Counted from the stretch's first letter, positions 12,921 through 27,531 are shown. The stretch is 64,000 bases of DNA from Octopus vulgaris (GCA_951406725.2 OX597830.1:39928001-39992000), one strand, 5' to 3'. Program-made: numbers and translations. Notes: generated from the letters alone by a model not told the origin.

Positions 12921-13404
12921 CTATAACTTAAATTGAGTACTCCTTTTTTTGTTATAACGGAAATGTGTGTGTATTTATGTAAAAGTGTGTGTGTACATGT
13001 GTGTGTACATCTGTGTGAGTGCGTGTGTGCAAGTATATATCTGTAACTAATGCAATTAAGTTTTAGCGCCATTTTATGTGATGATGATGATGATTCTGGC
13101 GGTGGTGGTAGTGTTCGTGGTGGTGGTGTTCGTGGTGGTGGTGGTGGTGGTGAGGCGGAGGTGTTGTACAGATGGTAACCACAAGCTTTACATCATGCTA
13201 GTAACACAACCTGATGTCGGCGCTGGAATGTATGCACTTTTACATACGTGCGTGAATATACATATATGCGTGTGTGTATATGTGTGTGTGCGTGTGTGTG
13301 CGCGTGCGTGCGTGCGTCTGTGCGTATATATATATACACATATATGAATATGTATGTATATATATATGTATGTGTATATATATATATATACACATATGTG
13401 TGTG

Positions 13405-13500
<96 letters not shown>

Positions 13501-14169
13501 CGAAATATTTGAAAAAACGCAAATGTACTTTAAAACTTTGTAAGTTTGCTTTTTCTTTCTTTTGTATCATGCTGTTTTTTGTCTTTACGTTTTGATTCTT
13601 TGGAGTAATTTTATTCTTTATTTTATCTTATTTTATTGTATTGTATTGTTTTTTTGTTTGTTTGCTTTTGCTCTATTTTTGCGGTTTCATTGAAATATTT
13701 GTGCATGCTTTAGCAAGTTAAGCCGAAGTATCGGGTCAGCTTTCATGCACTTTTGCAAGCATGATTCACTATGTTAAAATAGTTTTTACTCAACACGTGT
13801 AAGACAGCTGCTCACTCGATCTTAATTGTCAAGTGCATTTGCTAAGTACCTGTAAGTACCTAAAAAGAAACCCAAGTAAAACCTAAAATAAAATACATGT
13901 AAATACTATTAGTAAGGATTGGTATTTAGCACCTCTTGTTTCATGGTGTTAAACGATAATTCCTTAAATCTCTTTTTTTTATGTCTAGAATGTCTGCTTC
14001 CGATAACATTTTCACAAAATTTTGTAACATGATTAATGTGTACGAAGGCTTGGACTAAAAAATATTTGTACGAAGGCTTGGGCTTAAAAATATTCGAATT
14101 TATATTCAACAAATATAATTGTTGTGAATATTTGTTATAACTTAGGTATAACGTACATAAGTTTTGACC

Positions 14170-14620
14170 ATTATTGGTCCAGTGAGTTTATAACTTAATA
14201 GCACCACTTGAAGAAGTCCATATTATGTTTTTGGAAATCATCTCCCTCGAGAAAAGTAAGTTGTTATTTGCTGAAATGTATCCGGGAGTCGAGAGTCTGT
14301 TTGACATTTCTTGGAGCAATTTTTCCGAGTACCTTTTGAACGTTATAGGATCTTTATCTTGTTTAATTTCTCTGGGAATAATGTTGTACAAGGCAGCACC
14401 AATTGAAGTAGACAAAAATAGTTTTGGTACAATATCGTTATATGAGGTGAGCTCGAATTTTATAACGGGCGCATGGCACTAGGGTGGCGCCTTGGCTAAC
14501 TTGTGAACTTGATACCGACATCATTTAAACAGTATTGATGGAATATTATCCATATTATACAAATTATTTAGCGTTCACGGCGGTATAACATATGAATCGG
14601 ACCAAACCCGTGCATTACTA
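14170..14620 (-). mobile_element. 3' end of a decayed APE-type LINE ORF2 (CR1-group-like)
   Basis: YRRER motif and GAALYNIIPREIK...FKRYSEKLLQ C-terminal pattern. Confidence 0.55.
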
Positions 14621-14662
14621 AATGAAGATAACTACGGTTGTTTGAACTGATTATTGTACATA

Positions 14663-15923
14663 CGAGGGGCGTTCAATAAGTAATGCCCCTGATCCACTTC
14701 CCATAGCAGTAGAGCAACGACACTTGGCACAGTTATTAGTCTTTTCCTACATAGGAACTACCCAGAGTTATGTATTTCTCCCATCGGCTCTGGAGACCGT
14801 TTTTGTAGAAGACCCCAGCTTGGTCCTCCAACCACGACGTGACTTCAGAAATCAAGGCTGCATCATCTGAGAAACGCTTTCCTTTCAAAATCAACTTCAT
14901 GGCTGGGAAGAGGTGAAAATCAGAGGGTGCAAGGGGAGGAGTTCATAGCTGCACGCCTGTGCTTCTGATCTGGCGACACGCGAGTTGTGGACCGGAGCGT
15001 TGTCCTGCAGGAGGAGGATGCCTTTGCTGATCTTGCCCCGCCTCTTGATTTTGATAGCTTCTCTTAATTTCCTCAAAAGTGAAGCATAATAGGCTCCTGT
15101 AATTGTGGTACCCTTTGCCAGGAAATCTGTCATCACTACTCCGTCCTGGTCCCAGAAGACTGTGAGCATAACCTTGTCAGCGGAGGGCTGCACCCTTGCC
15201 TTCTTTGGAGGAGGTGAGTCACGGTGCTTTCACTGCATTGACTGGGCTTTGGTCTATGGATCATAGTGATGGACCCAGGTTTTATCCTGTGTGATCAGTC
15301 TTTTGAAAAATTTTGACTCATCTTCTTGGCACATCTCCAAATTCATCCTCGAGCACTCAACGCGTTCTTGCTTCTGGAAAGGTGTGAGCAACCTGGAAAT
15401 CCATCTGGCAGACACCTTTTGCATATGCAAATGGTCATGAATGATAGTTTCCACAGACCCGGTACTAATCTTGACCTTATGGGCTATTTGGCGAATAGTT
15501 ATGCGTTGACCTTCCAAAATGGCAGCCTCAACTTGACGGACAGACGTCTCATCAACGGCAGAAGGGGGCGACCAGATCTGGAAGCTGTTTCCACAGAGTT
15601 CCGACTATGTTTGAATTCACAATGCCAGCGTTTGACAAGGTCATATGATGGGGCATCATCACCATAAGTTACTTTCATTTCATCAAAAGTCTCCCGTGGT
15701 GTGCGTCCTTTCAAATACAAAAACCAGATCACTGCTCGGCACTCAACAGGCTCCATTTCACACTTGACTCAGTTCAAACACCTGTAAATCAGAAACCACA
15801 ATTAGTTCAGAGCTGTAATTCGCTACTTAATCTATAGAGGTATCAATAAGTGCACATGCAAAATTTCAGCTAGATCAAACAACTGCAAGTGGGTCAGGGG
15901 CATTACTTATTGAACGCCCCTCG
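14663..15923 (-). mobile_element. Full-length mariner element (irritans-like TIRs), disrupted transposase
   Basis: 30-bp perfect TIR cgaggggcgttcaataagtaatgcccctga with TA on both sides; ORF pieces RAVIWFL, VSARWISRLL, ITQDKTWVHHYDP, KVMLTVFWD, LLQDNAPVH. Confidence 0.95.
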
Positions 15924-16377
15924 TATAGAGGATAGAATTAAATATTCTTTCTTTTACAAGTATTAAATTGTATGATATCCCAGAAGCACAAAATATACTT
16001 GACCATATAAACAACACATAATAATATTGATTTTTTTTACATAAGTACAAGGCTCACATCAGGGGACTATTTTTCCTCCACTTCCGGACTCGTATTTTGT
16101 TTTATCAGTCCTAAAAGGTATGAGGAGCAGAGTTAATCTCGGATAGATTTAAACTCAGGCTGTAAAGAGACGAAGTTAGATACTCACTTAGGAATGAGAT
16201 CAGAAATTTTAGTGGAAGGGTTAGTAATTTATTAGTGATTTATTTTATCAAATCATCCCTTTATCATATCAAAGCATGAAGGGCAAAGTTTGCCCCGGGG
16301 TAATTTGAGCTTAGAGCCTAACGAGCCGTAGCTAATTACTCCAAAAGACTAAACGAGTATCCTAAAAGGTTTTAGCC

Positions 16378-16420
16378 CATTTTTTGGTTATGCCTCAAAT
16401 TTGAGGCATAACTAAAAATG
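16378..16420. repeat. Short palindrome
   Basis: gttatgcctcaaatttgaggcataac is a perfect 26-bp palindrome (16387-16412) with imperfect extension. Confidence 0.85.
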
Positions 16421-16826
16421 CAATTCGTTAAACCGCACGTGTTTTTGACGCTCGTGTCGGTCTAATAGGTTGTATTTAAGAGAAACCTCTGCTGATGATT
16501 TATAGATGTTTATGTAAGTAAAATTACATATTACATTAGTAATGAAACAAATTGTTCAGGGTCAATCTATTTATTCGCTATATTTCACTTTCCTTCCGTT
16601 AAATGTATGTTATTTTTAATTGGAAACATCTTTTTTCTGTGGCTGTACTATCGGGGCTATTTTTAGTACTAGAGTTATCCACATAGTGGTTAACTCTCTA
16701 ATAATTTATGTATAAATTTGTATTTTCTCCGTAGTTTTTTTGTGCTAAGCCACTCGGTGTTAAATTAATGGTATTATTAAATTAATATCAATTTTTCACC
16801 CTCATTGATAAATTCATATATATATG

Positions 16827-16861
<35 letters not shown>

Positions 16862-16891
16862 GTATGTATATATATATATGTATATATATGT

Positions 16892-16937
<46 letters not shown>

Positions 16938-16949
16938 GTATATATGTGT

Positions 16950-17150
16950 GTTTGTGTTTGCCCCCCCTCACCATCACGTGACAACTGATGTTGATGTGTT
17001 TACGTCCCCGTAAACTAGCTTTTCGGCCAAAGCGACAGATAAAGTAAGTACTAGGCTTACACAGAATAAGTCCTGGAGTCGATTTGTTTGACTAAAAGGT
17101 AGTGCACTAGCATGGCCGCAGCCAAATGACTGAAACAAATAAAAGAATAT
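16950..17150 (+). mobile_element. Family A SINE, 3' half (a more diverged one lies at 17715-17935)
   Basis: gacaactgatg...gactgaaacaaataaaagaat. Confidence 0.8.
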
Positions 17151-17959
17151 TGCATCTGAAGGCCGTACATTATAGATATTTAGTATGCAGAACAGAATGC
17201 TCACAAGAGGTTCTTTTGCTTTGGCCATTTTTATGATATTCAAAATTAGTTCACAACACTTACGCTATTTCTATAATTGTTCTAAAAAAAAGTCTTGCCG
17301 ATAGAGTGGAATATATTTCGCTGATGGGATCTAATAAAATCGAAATATATTTATAGCATTAACCAATTTGCTTTAAAATCAGGATCTATTCCTATTTATA
17401 TTCCCATTTATATTTTGCATGAAAATCCACTTGGCTGATGTTCCAGTTATTCCCTTTGCTTGTTTTTTTATTTCTACTTTTTTCTGAATGTAAATTTTAG
17501 ATATTTTTAAGAGGAAGACTATAATTTAAAATTCATCGAAGATTTTCAACTCACATATGTAATATTTGGGTTGTAAAAAGAACTCATATTGATATCTGTA
17601 TAATTAGGGGTGGATGATATCATAAACAATGGCTAGATAAACGCTACATATCACTCTCGTTTACAATTTGTGCATGATGTTTATTTGTTACAAAAAAATC
17701 AATAAGAATAATGTGTGTGTTGTTTGAGTCTGTGTTTGTCATCCACCAACACCGCTAGACAACTGGTGCTGGTTGGTTTACGCGCTTGTAAGCTAGCGGT
17801 CCGTCAAACGGACCGATAAAATACGTATCACTCTTAAGAAAACATATGTACTGGGATCTATTCGTTCTATTAAAACTCTTCGAGAGGATGCCCCAGTCTA
17901 GCCGCAATCCAGTGACTGAGACAAATAAAAGACTTTTAAAATATACGATAATCCTTTCC

Positions 17960-18570
17960 ACAGGAATTTAGGGGCAGTCGATTACATCCACCCCAGTGCG
18001 TGACTGGTACTTAATTTATCGATCTCCGAAAGGATGAAAGGCAAAGTCGACCTCGGCGGAATTTGAACTCAGAACGTAAAGACGGACGAAATATCTATTT
18101 CTTTACTCCCCACACGGGGCTAAACACAGAGAGGTTAAACAAGGACAGACAAACGAATTAAGTCGATTATGTCGACCCCAGTGCGTAACTGGTACTTATT
18201 TAATCAACCCCGGAAGGATGAAAGGCAAAGTCGACCTCGGCGGAATTTGAACTAAGAACGTAGCGGCAGACGAAATACCGCTAAGCATTTCGCCCGATGT
18301 GCTAACGATTCTGCCAGCTCGACGCCTTAAAATATACGATAAATGATTATTTCCTTATTGCCCACAGAGGGCTAAACTTAGAGGGGACAAACAAGGACAG
18401 AGAAAGGGATTAAGTCGATTATATCGACGCCCAGTGCGTAACTGGTACTTACTTAATCGACCCCGAAAGGATGAAAGACAAAGTCGATCTCGACGGAATT
18501 TGAACTCAGAACGAAATATCGCTAAGCATTTCGCCCGACGTGCTAACGATTCTGCCTACTCGCCGCCTTG
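17960..18570 (-). mobile_element. Tandem family B SINE array (three bodies)
   Basis: Repeated aggatgaaaggcaaagtcgacctcggcggaatttgaact; aaatatacgataa delimits the insertions three times. Confidence 0.9.
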
Positions 18571-18831
18571 AAATATACGATAAATAGTCAGACAGTTGCC
18601 TAGGCATGCATATTCATGTACAGATATATGATGAACCTTGACCAACGGAGGTATTAACTAATTCAAAGATTTAGAAAATCCATACTTAGACATCTTGAAA
18701 AATCATTATTCACAATATTGTGATACATATGTATGATTGATGAAATATACTAAGTTATACAATTTCTATTTTTTTCTTAACTCTAAAACCGTATTTGTTT
18801 TTAATATTCCATGTGAAATAAACTAGTAATT

Positions 18832-18934
18832 TTTTTATTTGATCTCCAATATATGATTAAGTCAAGGAGATTAAGAAGCAATAATTTTTCATTTGATCTC
18901 CAATGTGTAATGAAGTCAAGGAGATTAAGAATCA
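18832..18934. repeat. ~54-bp tandem duplication
   Basis: tttgatctccaat...aagtcaaggagattaagaa occurs twice. Confidence 0.8.
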
Positions 18935-19849
18935 TTTATATAGCTTGAAATAAATGCCTGATTTAAGAAATTTACAGGCCACGTTGTATATCGATACCAT
19001 ATATTGAAATTGAAGATGGTGTTGATATTGAGCTAAGATTATAAACTTCTAAATATTCCAGATGTGGAAAATCGCTATGTGCGATTTTATTTATTTAATT
19101 AGTTATTTATTTATTTTTCTTCTTTTTAATGACATTTTTATCCTCTCCTCCATAGCATCAATTTTTACCCAATAAAAAAATTCGGTCGACTTGGGCCGAT
19201 ATAGTTTGGTACAAGTGTCTTGGCAGGAGCGTTGATGTCAGGCGCAAACAACTGAATCAAGGATGGAACATATGTATGACATATTACAAAGCTTCAACGA
19301 CTGAGAAACTTACTCACAGATAGGAAGTCTGGTCTGGATGCCTGCACCAAAGAGGAAGCCATCATAATCAACTCCACCAAAGTACCACTGCACGACGAAT
19401 TTAGGCTTGACAAGCAGCAACAATGGCGAAATACGTCTGTCGCTCGGGCAGTGAATTCTGGAGTGATTTCGTTTCACCTAACTCTGAAGTATTTTAGGAT
19501 TTTTAACATAATATGTCTATGAAGGGATTTTGTTTCCTGATGAAAATCGCAGCGACTGGCGTTTCAACTATACAACACATATTATGTTGTATTGAGATCA
19601 TATGCAGAGTGTTTATAAATTACTTTTAGAATTTTAAAAATTCAGAAAGAAGGGGAAAATGAGAATAACTCAGCAGATTTATTGGAAAATAGGCAAACAA
19701 ATAAAGTTTTATAAGAAACATCATAACACTTCCACATGAATTCCACTAGTTGCACGCAGTAAATGGATATAATAAATTGTGAAAGCAGTAAAGATAATTC
19801 ATAGACGTCTTATGTGTGTCGTGTGGTGTGCATAAATGCCCACACACAT

Positions 19850-19894
19850 ACATATAAATGTGTATATGTAAATATATGCATGTAAGTATGTATG

Positions 19895-19943
<49 letters not shown>

Positions 19944-19946
19944 ATA

Positions 19947-20011
<65 letters not shown>

Positions 20012-20815
20012 ATATATATAAATATATGTGTGTATATATATACATACATATATGTACATATATATATACACACATATATATATATAAATATATATATAAA
20101 TATATATATATATAAATATGTATATTTATATATATAATATATATATATATATGTATAAATATATATATTTATATATATACATATACACATACACACACAT
20201 ATATATATATGTGTGAGCCTGTGTATGTGTGTACATGCGTGTGCATGTGTGCACGTTTGTGCATATGTTGTGTGTGTGCGGGTGCGTGTATGTGTGTTTG
20301 TTTGTGTTCCCATGTGTATGCAGCTGTCCCAAATATGCTTAATATAAAAGAGACACCGAGAGAAAAAAAAAGTCGTTACAGATGCACGAAGCGCGTGTTT
20401 ACACACATGCATGCATGTGTTTGAAGCTGTATGTATGTGTACATGCACGAACGTCCATGTACGTACTTGTGAGTGATTGTCTATGAATATGTGTATGATC
20501 GGGTACGTACGTACGCAAGTGTGTGATGTACAAGCACAAGTGCGTACGTACGGGCGTGAGTGGGTGTCTGTATGCGTGTGATTGAAACATTTCTAAGGTT
20601 TGTTGACACTGCTAAGTCGGTCGTGTTAATGTGTTGGGAACTAATGCGACGCTTATGACTTGACTTTGCTGCTGTAAGTTAAGGCCCGTGAGAGATTTCA
20701 GACTTCCAAATGCAGATATGCATTGACGAAGCAGCAGAGAAGATTAAGAGTAAAGTAAAACCGTGTGGAAGTAATTATGCTTCCACACACAGACACAGAC
20801 ACACACACACACACT

Positions 20816-20888
<73 letters not shown>

Positions 20889-21118
20889 GTACAGACAGTC
20901 CACGCGGAGATACAGACACATACAGACACACAGCCTGCACTCAACATCACTTGGTTGCATTTAGCTTAGCGATGTTGTTCACCTAATCGGGACGGGGAAA
21001 AACATAAACACATATAGAATTTCAAAAAGATTTCATTCTTTATGGACACACACATATATGTCTATAAACAAACATACACACATATGTGTATGTATGAACA
21101 TATATGTATATGCATATG

Positions 21119-21200
<82 letters not shown>

Positions 21201-22091
21201 CGCATATATATGTATTTGTATATGTATATTATATATATGTAGATATGTATATAATATACATATACATATGTAAATATATATATATATACACACACACGCG
21301 CGTATACATCTATCCACGTACACACACACACACACACACACATATACATATATTATAAATGCATGCTCATACATAATCATATACTTTCACTCATTCATAC
21401 TCTCAAGCACATTCATATAAAATATATACATACATACGTATACACACGTGTCTCTCTCTCTCTCTCAATATATATATATATACAGTTTCATACGTACAAA
21501 CACATGCTTTTAAATATATGAAGTATATTTATACATGCGGGCAAAATTATAGATGCAAACATACATATATACATCATACACGTGTACATATATGCGACCA
21601 ACCATCCATCCAGCCATCCGTTCATATATACACTTCATACATGCATACAAACATACATAATTACATAGACATATACATACGTACATACATGCACACGTGA
21701 ATACATGCATACAGACATACATATACACACACACACATACGTACATACATACATACATACATACATACACAGACATATACACACGTACATACGTTCATAT
21801 ACACATTTATGCAAACATACACATATACATACATAGATTCAAACAAACATACATACATATATACATGCATACATGCTCACGTGCATACATGCATACAGTC
21901 ACACCTGTACACATGCATACATACATACAAACATATACATACATACGTATATACATATATGCATACATACATATATACGTACATGCATACATGCACACGT
22001 GCGTGCTTGCATACATACATATATACATACATGCATACATGCACAATGCATACATATATGTATACATACGTACGTACATACATTACACAAG

Positions 22092-22123
<32 letters not shown>

Positions 22124-22409
22124 CATACATACATATATACGTACATACATACATGCACACGTATGTGGATATATACATACGTCACACATACATGCATGCA
22201 TACATACATGCTTATATAGAAACATACATACATATAAAGATATAGATATGCATACATATATAATTGTATGAACACAAAATACGTGATCAAAATTAGGAAA
22301 GGGATCTCTGTCGGATTCGACGATGATTTTCAATTGTTTGATCAATGAATTTACTGCTCCTGGAATTGGCTGAATGCACCACAAAATGTGCTGATACACA
22401 TGTACCCAC

Positions 22410-22446
<37 letters not shown>

Positions 22447-22740
22447 CATACATACATACATGCATACATACATACACATATACATGCGTCGCCACACACC
22501 TAGAAGCCTATATACAATCATATATCTGTATGTGTGTGTGTAAATATATGTGTATATATATATATGTATGTGTGTATAATACATAAATATAAATATGTAG
22601 TCATATATACATATACACTCACACACACACACATATACGCATATACATACATACATACATACATGTATGAATGCATACAAACATACACACGAACATATAC
22701 GCACGCAAATCCACGCCCAGAGCTACAAAGAAATGCTTAT
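19850..22740. repeat. Compound microsatellite field ((TA)n, (CA)n, (TATC)n, (CATA)n)
   Basis: Direct reading; source of most spurious Y/I/H/T/C/V ORFs. Confidence 0.95.
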
Positions 22741-23810
22741 ATATGAATAAATACACAGAATGGGGGAGCTGAGCTGAAATTGCGCGGAATAGTTTCAAAG
22801 CATGTAACTGGGATAAATGAAAAGATAGAAACGTGAAACTTGATATGTTTGCCTCTCATAACATAATGTACAATATTATTTAATATATCCTTCAGCAACA
22901 TTTGCAATCGATTGAAATCAAATGCGTTAGGGTAACCATGCTTTCTTTTCTTCATCCGCATTTATCGAAATGAATACTTTCTTCATGGTAGACTCTGATG
23001 TAATGACACTGCTTTGAGGTGTTGCATTGGAATTGTCCGCAGTTGATGAATTAGAAGACTGAATTTACTTGAGAACAAACAGTAGTAGTTTCACTTTAAA
23101 ATAATTCTACTCATACTTTGGACTGTTCCATAGCTGAGAACCTCGACGAAGATAATCTCACTGAGAGCATAATGTTTAGTAATTCCTGAAAGCAAAACAT
23201 CATCTAGCACATTCAAATAGTTATATATTCATTGATGTTAAGATTTGTTTCGATGAAAGGCGGTTTCACATATGTTTCTTGGAATGGCTGGAAATACTAA
23301 CACCGAATCTGGGTCCTTCCATTACATCACAGAAGGAGCTTCCCAAGACTTGACTGCAATAACCCCGCTGTTGTGATGATCGATAGATTTTTCACTTTTC
23401 CTCTCATTTGCTTGAGAACTTTTGGAGTTCTCTCAATTTTAAAAGCTGTAGAGCCTTCTGTGAAAATGCTCCGACAGTTGCGAACATTGAACTTCATATC
23501 TAAATCATTCCTACCAGCATTAACTTCTACCCATCGGTTCACACCATATTTATTTGTCTATCTTTACAAGTTTCATCGTGCTTGAATGATTTAGTGCTTT
23601 AAACCAGCTGGAAAAGTACAGATATGTTTGCGACCATTGCAAATATCGTGAGATGAACGAAAACACCTACTGTAATCTGAGAGCAGTAAGTTGGCACATT
23701 TGTATGCCCTGTATCGACAATAATAAAATGTGGTCCACGCACAGTGAGGCCCATCTTTCCCGTATTGTGTTGCACTAATTTCAAACCTCCGTTCCCATGC
23801 AATATATTGT
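22283..23810 (-). pseudogene. Candidate decayed multi-exon gene or intron-containing element (candidate exons 23117-23185, 22757-22807, 22283-22390)
   Basis: Three AG/GT-bounded, stop-free segments with lengths divisible by 3 (69, 51, 108 bp); neighbouring coding-like segments contain stops or frameshifts; no family recognised. Confidence 0.3.
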
Positions 23811-23927
23811 AATGTTAGTATATTATACTTGCTGCATGGAAAATATTTTTTAAATTTCAGAATACTTATACAACGTTTTTAAAATTCAGCTTCTGTACCC
23901 TGTGCACGCTTACAGGCACAATATATG

Positions 23928-23973
<46 letters not shown>

Positions 23974-24464
23974 TGCATACATTAGCAATAAAACCCGTCG
24001 TTGATCGAGTAATTACTTTTACTGTTTATCGGGAGCCACATTCAAAGTATTATTACATGTATAATTTACTCCTCCTGTAATTTTAGATATATTACAAACT
24101 GGATTTTGTTTGTTAGATAAGTCTAAAGGTAACTTGAATGTTGAATGGGCAGTCAGACCTCACACAAACAGATTAGGATAGACACAGAGGTGCATACAGA
24201 TACAAAAATACGTAGATGAGCACCTACGTATTGCTTTCGTAATTGCAAACAGCAGCACATGTTTATATACACATGCACACATACATACACCCACGCGCAC
24301 ACACATACATACACCCACGCGCGCGCGCACATATATACGTATACTTGTAGCACGAGCCCACAAGTAAGCTATATTTTACTGTACTTATAAAAAAAAAGCA
24401 TGTGTTTCCATTTTTTAAACTACATATAAAGTAAATTATAAACGCGTATACATAAAAGTACATA

Positions 24465-24968
24465 TCTATATATATAAAACTGTAGTTGTGTGAGTGTTTG
24501 TCCCCTTCGATTTAGATTCCTAACTGCTCCCACATTTTGCGGTGCAATTTCGGGTATCTTATAGTCGTGATTCATATCGAGCCCGTCTGAGTATTAGCGC
24601 GCGTCTACGATGAGTCTACGATTTTAAAAATAATTTAACATCATTTTTTATTCCATTTTAATGCATAATTTTTCGTGTGTCGATGGTGGCGGAGTTGGCG
24701 TCCATGGTCACACCTGCACCTGTTTGCTTCTCCCCCTTCTTCCCTCCCTCGTGAAGCTGTGGGGAAGGGAGTGTAAGGAAATCAATGTCGTAAAGCGTTG
24801 TCAAGGAGACCAGCGTTCTTTTAGAACAACGACTTCATGGCTTGAAGACACCAAAACAGAAATGGCTAAGAAAGCCCGAATTGGCATCTATAAGGGAAGT
24901 AACTCTCTAAAAATGCTTATATAGTTATTTCCCTTACAAACCCGAGCAACGCCGGGCGATACTGCTAG
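24465..24968 (+). mobile_element. Non-autonomous Helitron
   Basis: 5' a|TCtatatatataaaac, 3' GC hairpin cccgagcaacgccggg followed by CTAG|t; inserted between A and T with no TSD. Confidence 0.85.
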
Positions 24969-25450
24969 TTGGAAATAAATCTGTATTAAGTAGTAGAGTC
25001 ATGTTTGATGCAGGTTGAGGAGAGGAGAGACGGATAGAAAAGCAGTAATAAGGCGGAAAGAAGGGAAACAAAGAAGGACACAAGAACAGATGGACAAGGG
25101 GAAAGTGGGGAAAAGGAGACGATATGTGTAACAAGTATAGAGGACAGAGAGGGTGAGTGGAGAAGAGAATTACATAAATTAAAGCATAATTGAACATTGA
25201 ATGCTGAGAGTGAGTTGCACCGGGTCAGTTGGAGTTGCTGTTTAAAGATATTGGTGAAGGATATTGGTGAAGAAGAAAGAGAAATGAAAAACGAGAGGCA
25301 GAAGGAAAAAGGAAGAGCGATTAAGAAAATAACATCAGAAAGCATATAGAAACATAACAAGCAGACATATAAAGGTTTGCATAAAAATAAATAAATATAA
25401 AAATACAGTTTTTATGCATGAACATCGAAGCGTCGAATGGGTTCGTATTG

Positions 25451-25636
25451 TTTTAGAAATTAAGGAAATCTCGACCGCAGGAGAATAGCTGTGAAAACAG
25501 CTTCGAAAATCGAGTAAAAATACCCCTATAAGACGAGCTGGTCATTTTTTCTGTCTTGTAAGGGTATTTTTAGTAGATCTTCGAAGCTGTTTTCACAGCT
25601 ATTTCCCTGCGGTCGAGAATTTATTTATTTCTAAAC
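25451..25636. mobile_element. Foldback/MITE hairpin with ~80-bp arms
   Basis: tctcgaccgcagg..aatagctgtgaaaacagcttcgaa..aaaaataccc pairs with gggtattttt..ttcgaagctgttttcacagctatt..cctgcggtcgaga. Confidence 0.85.
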
Positions 25637-26249
25637 ACATAAAAAGTGCATATAAAATGGAAGAAGAGTCATGTCGATGCAAATCAGAGTTGAAAAAAAG
25701 TGTGATAGTGTGAAGAAGGAAAGAGAGAAGCGGAGGAGAGAAGAGATAGATCGAAAAAAGAGGGAGAATATATGAGATATGTATTGAGAGCTGTAGAAAG
25801 AGAGGGACGAGGAGAGTGACGTACATATTAAAGCATAATAGAAGAGAAACAGAGATGAGAGTGAGTAAGAAGCGCCGAAGCAGTAGGGATCTTGTTTGCA
25901 GGACGTAAATTGTTTCGGGGAGAAATTTATGAGAAAGTGCTAAAAAGAGATGTGGAAGGAAATTGAGAGAAAAAATTACGGAAGAAAAAAGCAGAAGAAC
26001 AAGCATCGATATACCATGCTCGTGACTATCGTGGTTATATATAAACAACGTTTCGAGAAAACTTTAAAATGTGCTCCACACATTCGTTTGTTCAATTTTC
26101 ATGAGCAGAACGCACTATATATTTATTTGTTCGTAATATTTTAAAGCCTTCCAGTTTTGAATGTATAAAACGATTGTCGAAATGTCGACCACTAAAACTT
26201 TATATACAATAACCATCTTCTTTCTTACGTGTGTTTTATACATATGATA

Positions 26250-26457
26250 TTGATTTCAAATTCTGGCACAAGGCTAGCAATTTTGTGGAGGAGGAAGTCG
26301 ATTACAACGATCCCAGTCCTCAACAGGTACTCATTTTATCGACCCCGAAAGACAAAGTCGACCTCGTCGCAATTTGATCTCAAAACGTAGAGACGGACGA
26401 AATGCCGCTAAGCATTATATCCGGCGTGCTAACGATTCTACCAGCTCGCCGCCTTAG
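26250..26457 (-). mobile_element. Family B SINE
   Basis: Reverse complement ends ccagctcgccgcctt. Confidence 0.85.
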
Positions 26458-27197
26458 TGTTTTAAATATGATATTAAATGTTAGGTGTTTTCACAGAAGA
26501 ATTGATGATACATACTTTTTGGGGAAGCATGCTTTTTTGTCTTCTTATCAATTTATCTCAATAACAAAAATCAGTGACAAAGAGTAATGTAATTTATATG
26601 CATACATTATTCAGTAGATGCATATTTAATTGATCTAAATCTATGCCATTGGCTAATTTTTCTCAGTTGATTTTTTCTCTTAAAGATGCAAATGACTGCT
26701 CGCCAAAAAATATGCGTAAATCTTTTTCCTATCCATAAAAAAAGCTACATTTATTGGTCATGAAGGTTTGTGTTGTGTATGGTTGGCTAACGAAATCCAG
26801 TAATCTCAAAACTTATCTGTTACTGTCGCACAAATTTCTAAACCCGCTTATGATGGATTTGGAAACACTGCTGCTCCAAATAAACGACAAAATTTTCCAT
26901 ACAAAAATCTCGTACACAGGAGAGAACATTCAATTACAATATCATGTATTTAACAGTTATATTTTTAATAAAACACATACAATGTGTATGTGTTCGATAT
27001 GGTATATGTGTGCATATGTATATATATGTCTGTATGAGTTAGAGATTACGCAACCATCTAAGGGATAATAAATATCCAATATACTACTGGGGGTATACCT
27101 ATGTAATTCTATCCAAGTGCTTACTATTGCAGGGCAATATCGCATTTGAATACTAGGAATGGGTGGGGATAAAACAGAAATTTACCCAGAATTTATG

Positions 27198-27531
27198 AGG
27201 CAAATAAGAAAATGGAGAGGATAATCAATCGACAAACATCAACTTGTAGATTTTCAGTTATATCTATTTATTAAGTAATTAAAATAAACCAATGAAATAA
27301 GCAAATAAAAAAGTAAATGAATTGATAAATAAAGATAAACAAATGAATAAGAATAAATGAGCGAAAAATTACTAAGCACCTACAGCTGTTTCTATCATGT
27401 AGAATTTAGTATTTTCACTCATTTATTTTGATTACTTACACATGTGATTGTAATCAATTAATAAATAGATATAAATGAAAGTCTACAGGTTGATATTTGC
27501 CGATTGATTATCGTCTCCATTTTCTTATTTT

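Noticed and set aside
19858-22290. Many overlapping Y/I/H/T/C/V-rich ORFs (also near 13100-13600, 37300-37750, 53850-54000, 56840-57030)
   Set aside because: Dinucleotide and tetranucleotide repeats lack stop codons; artefacts.
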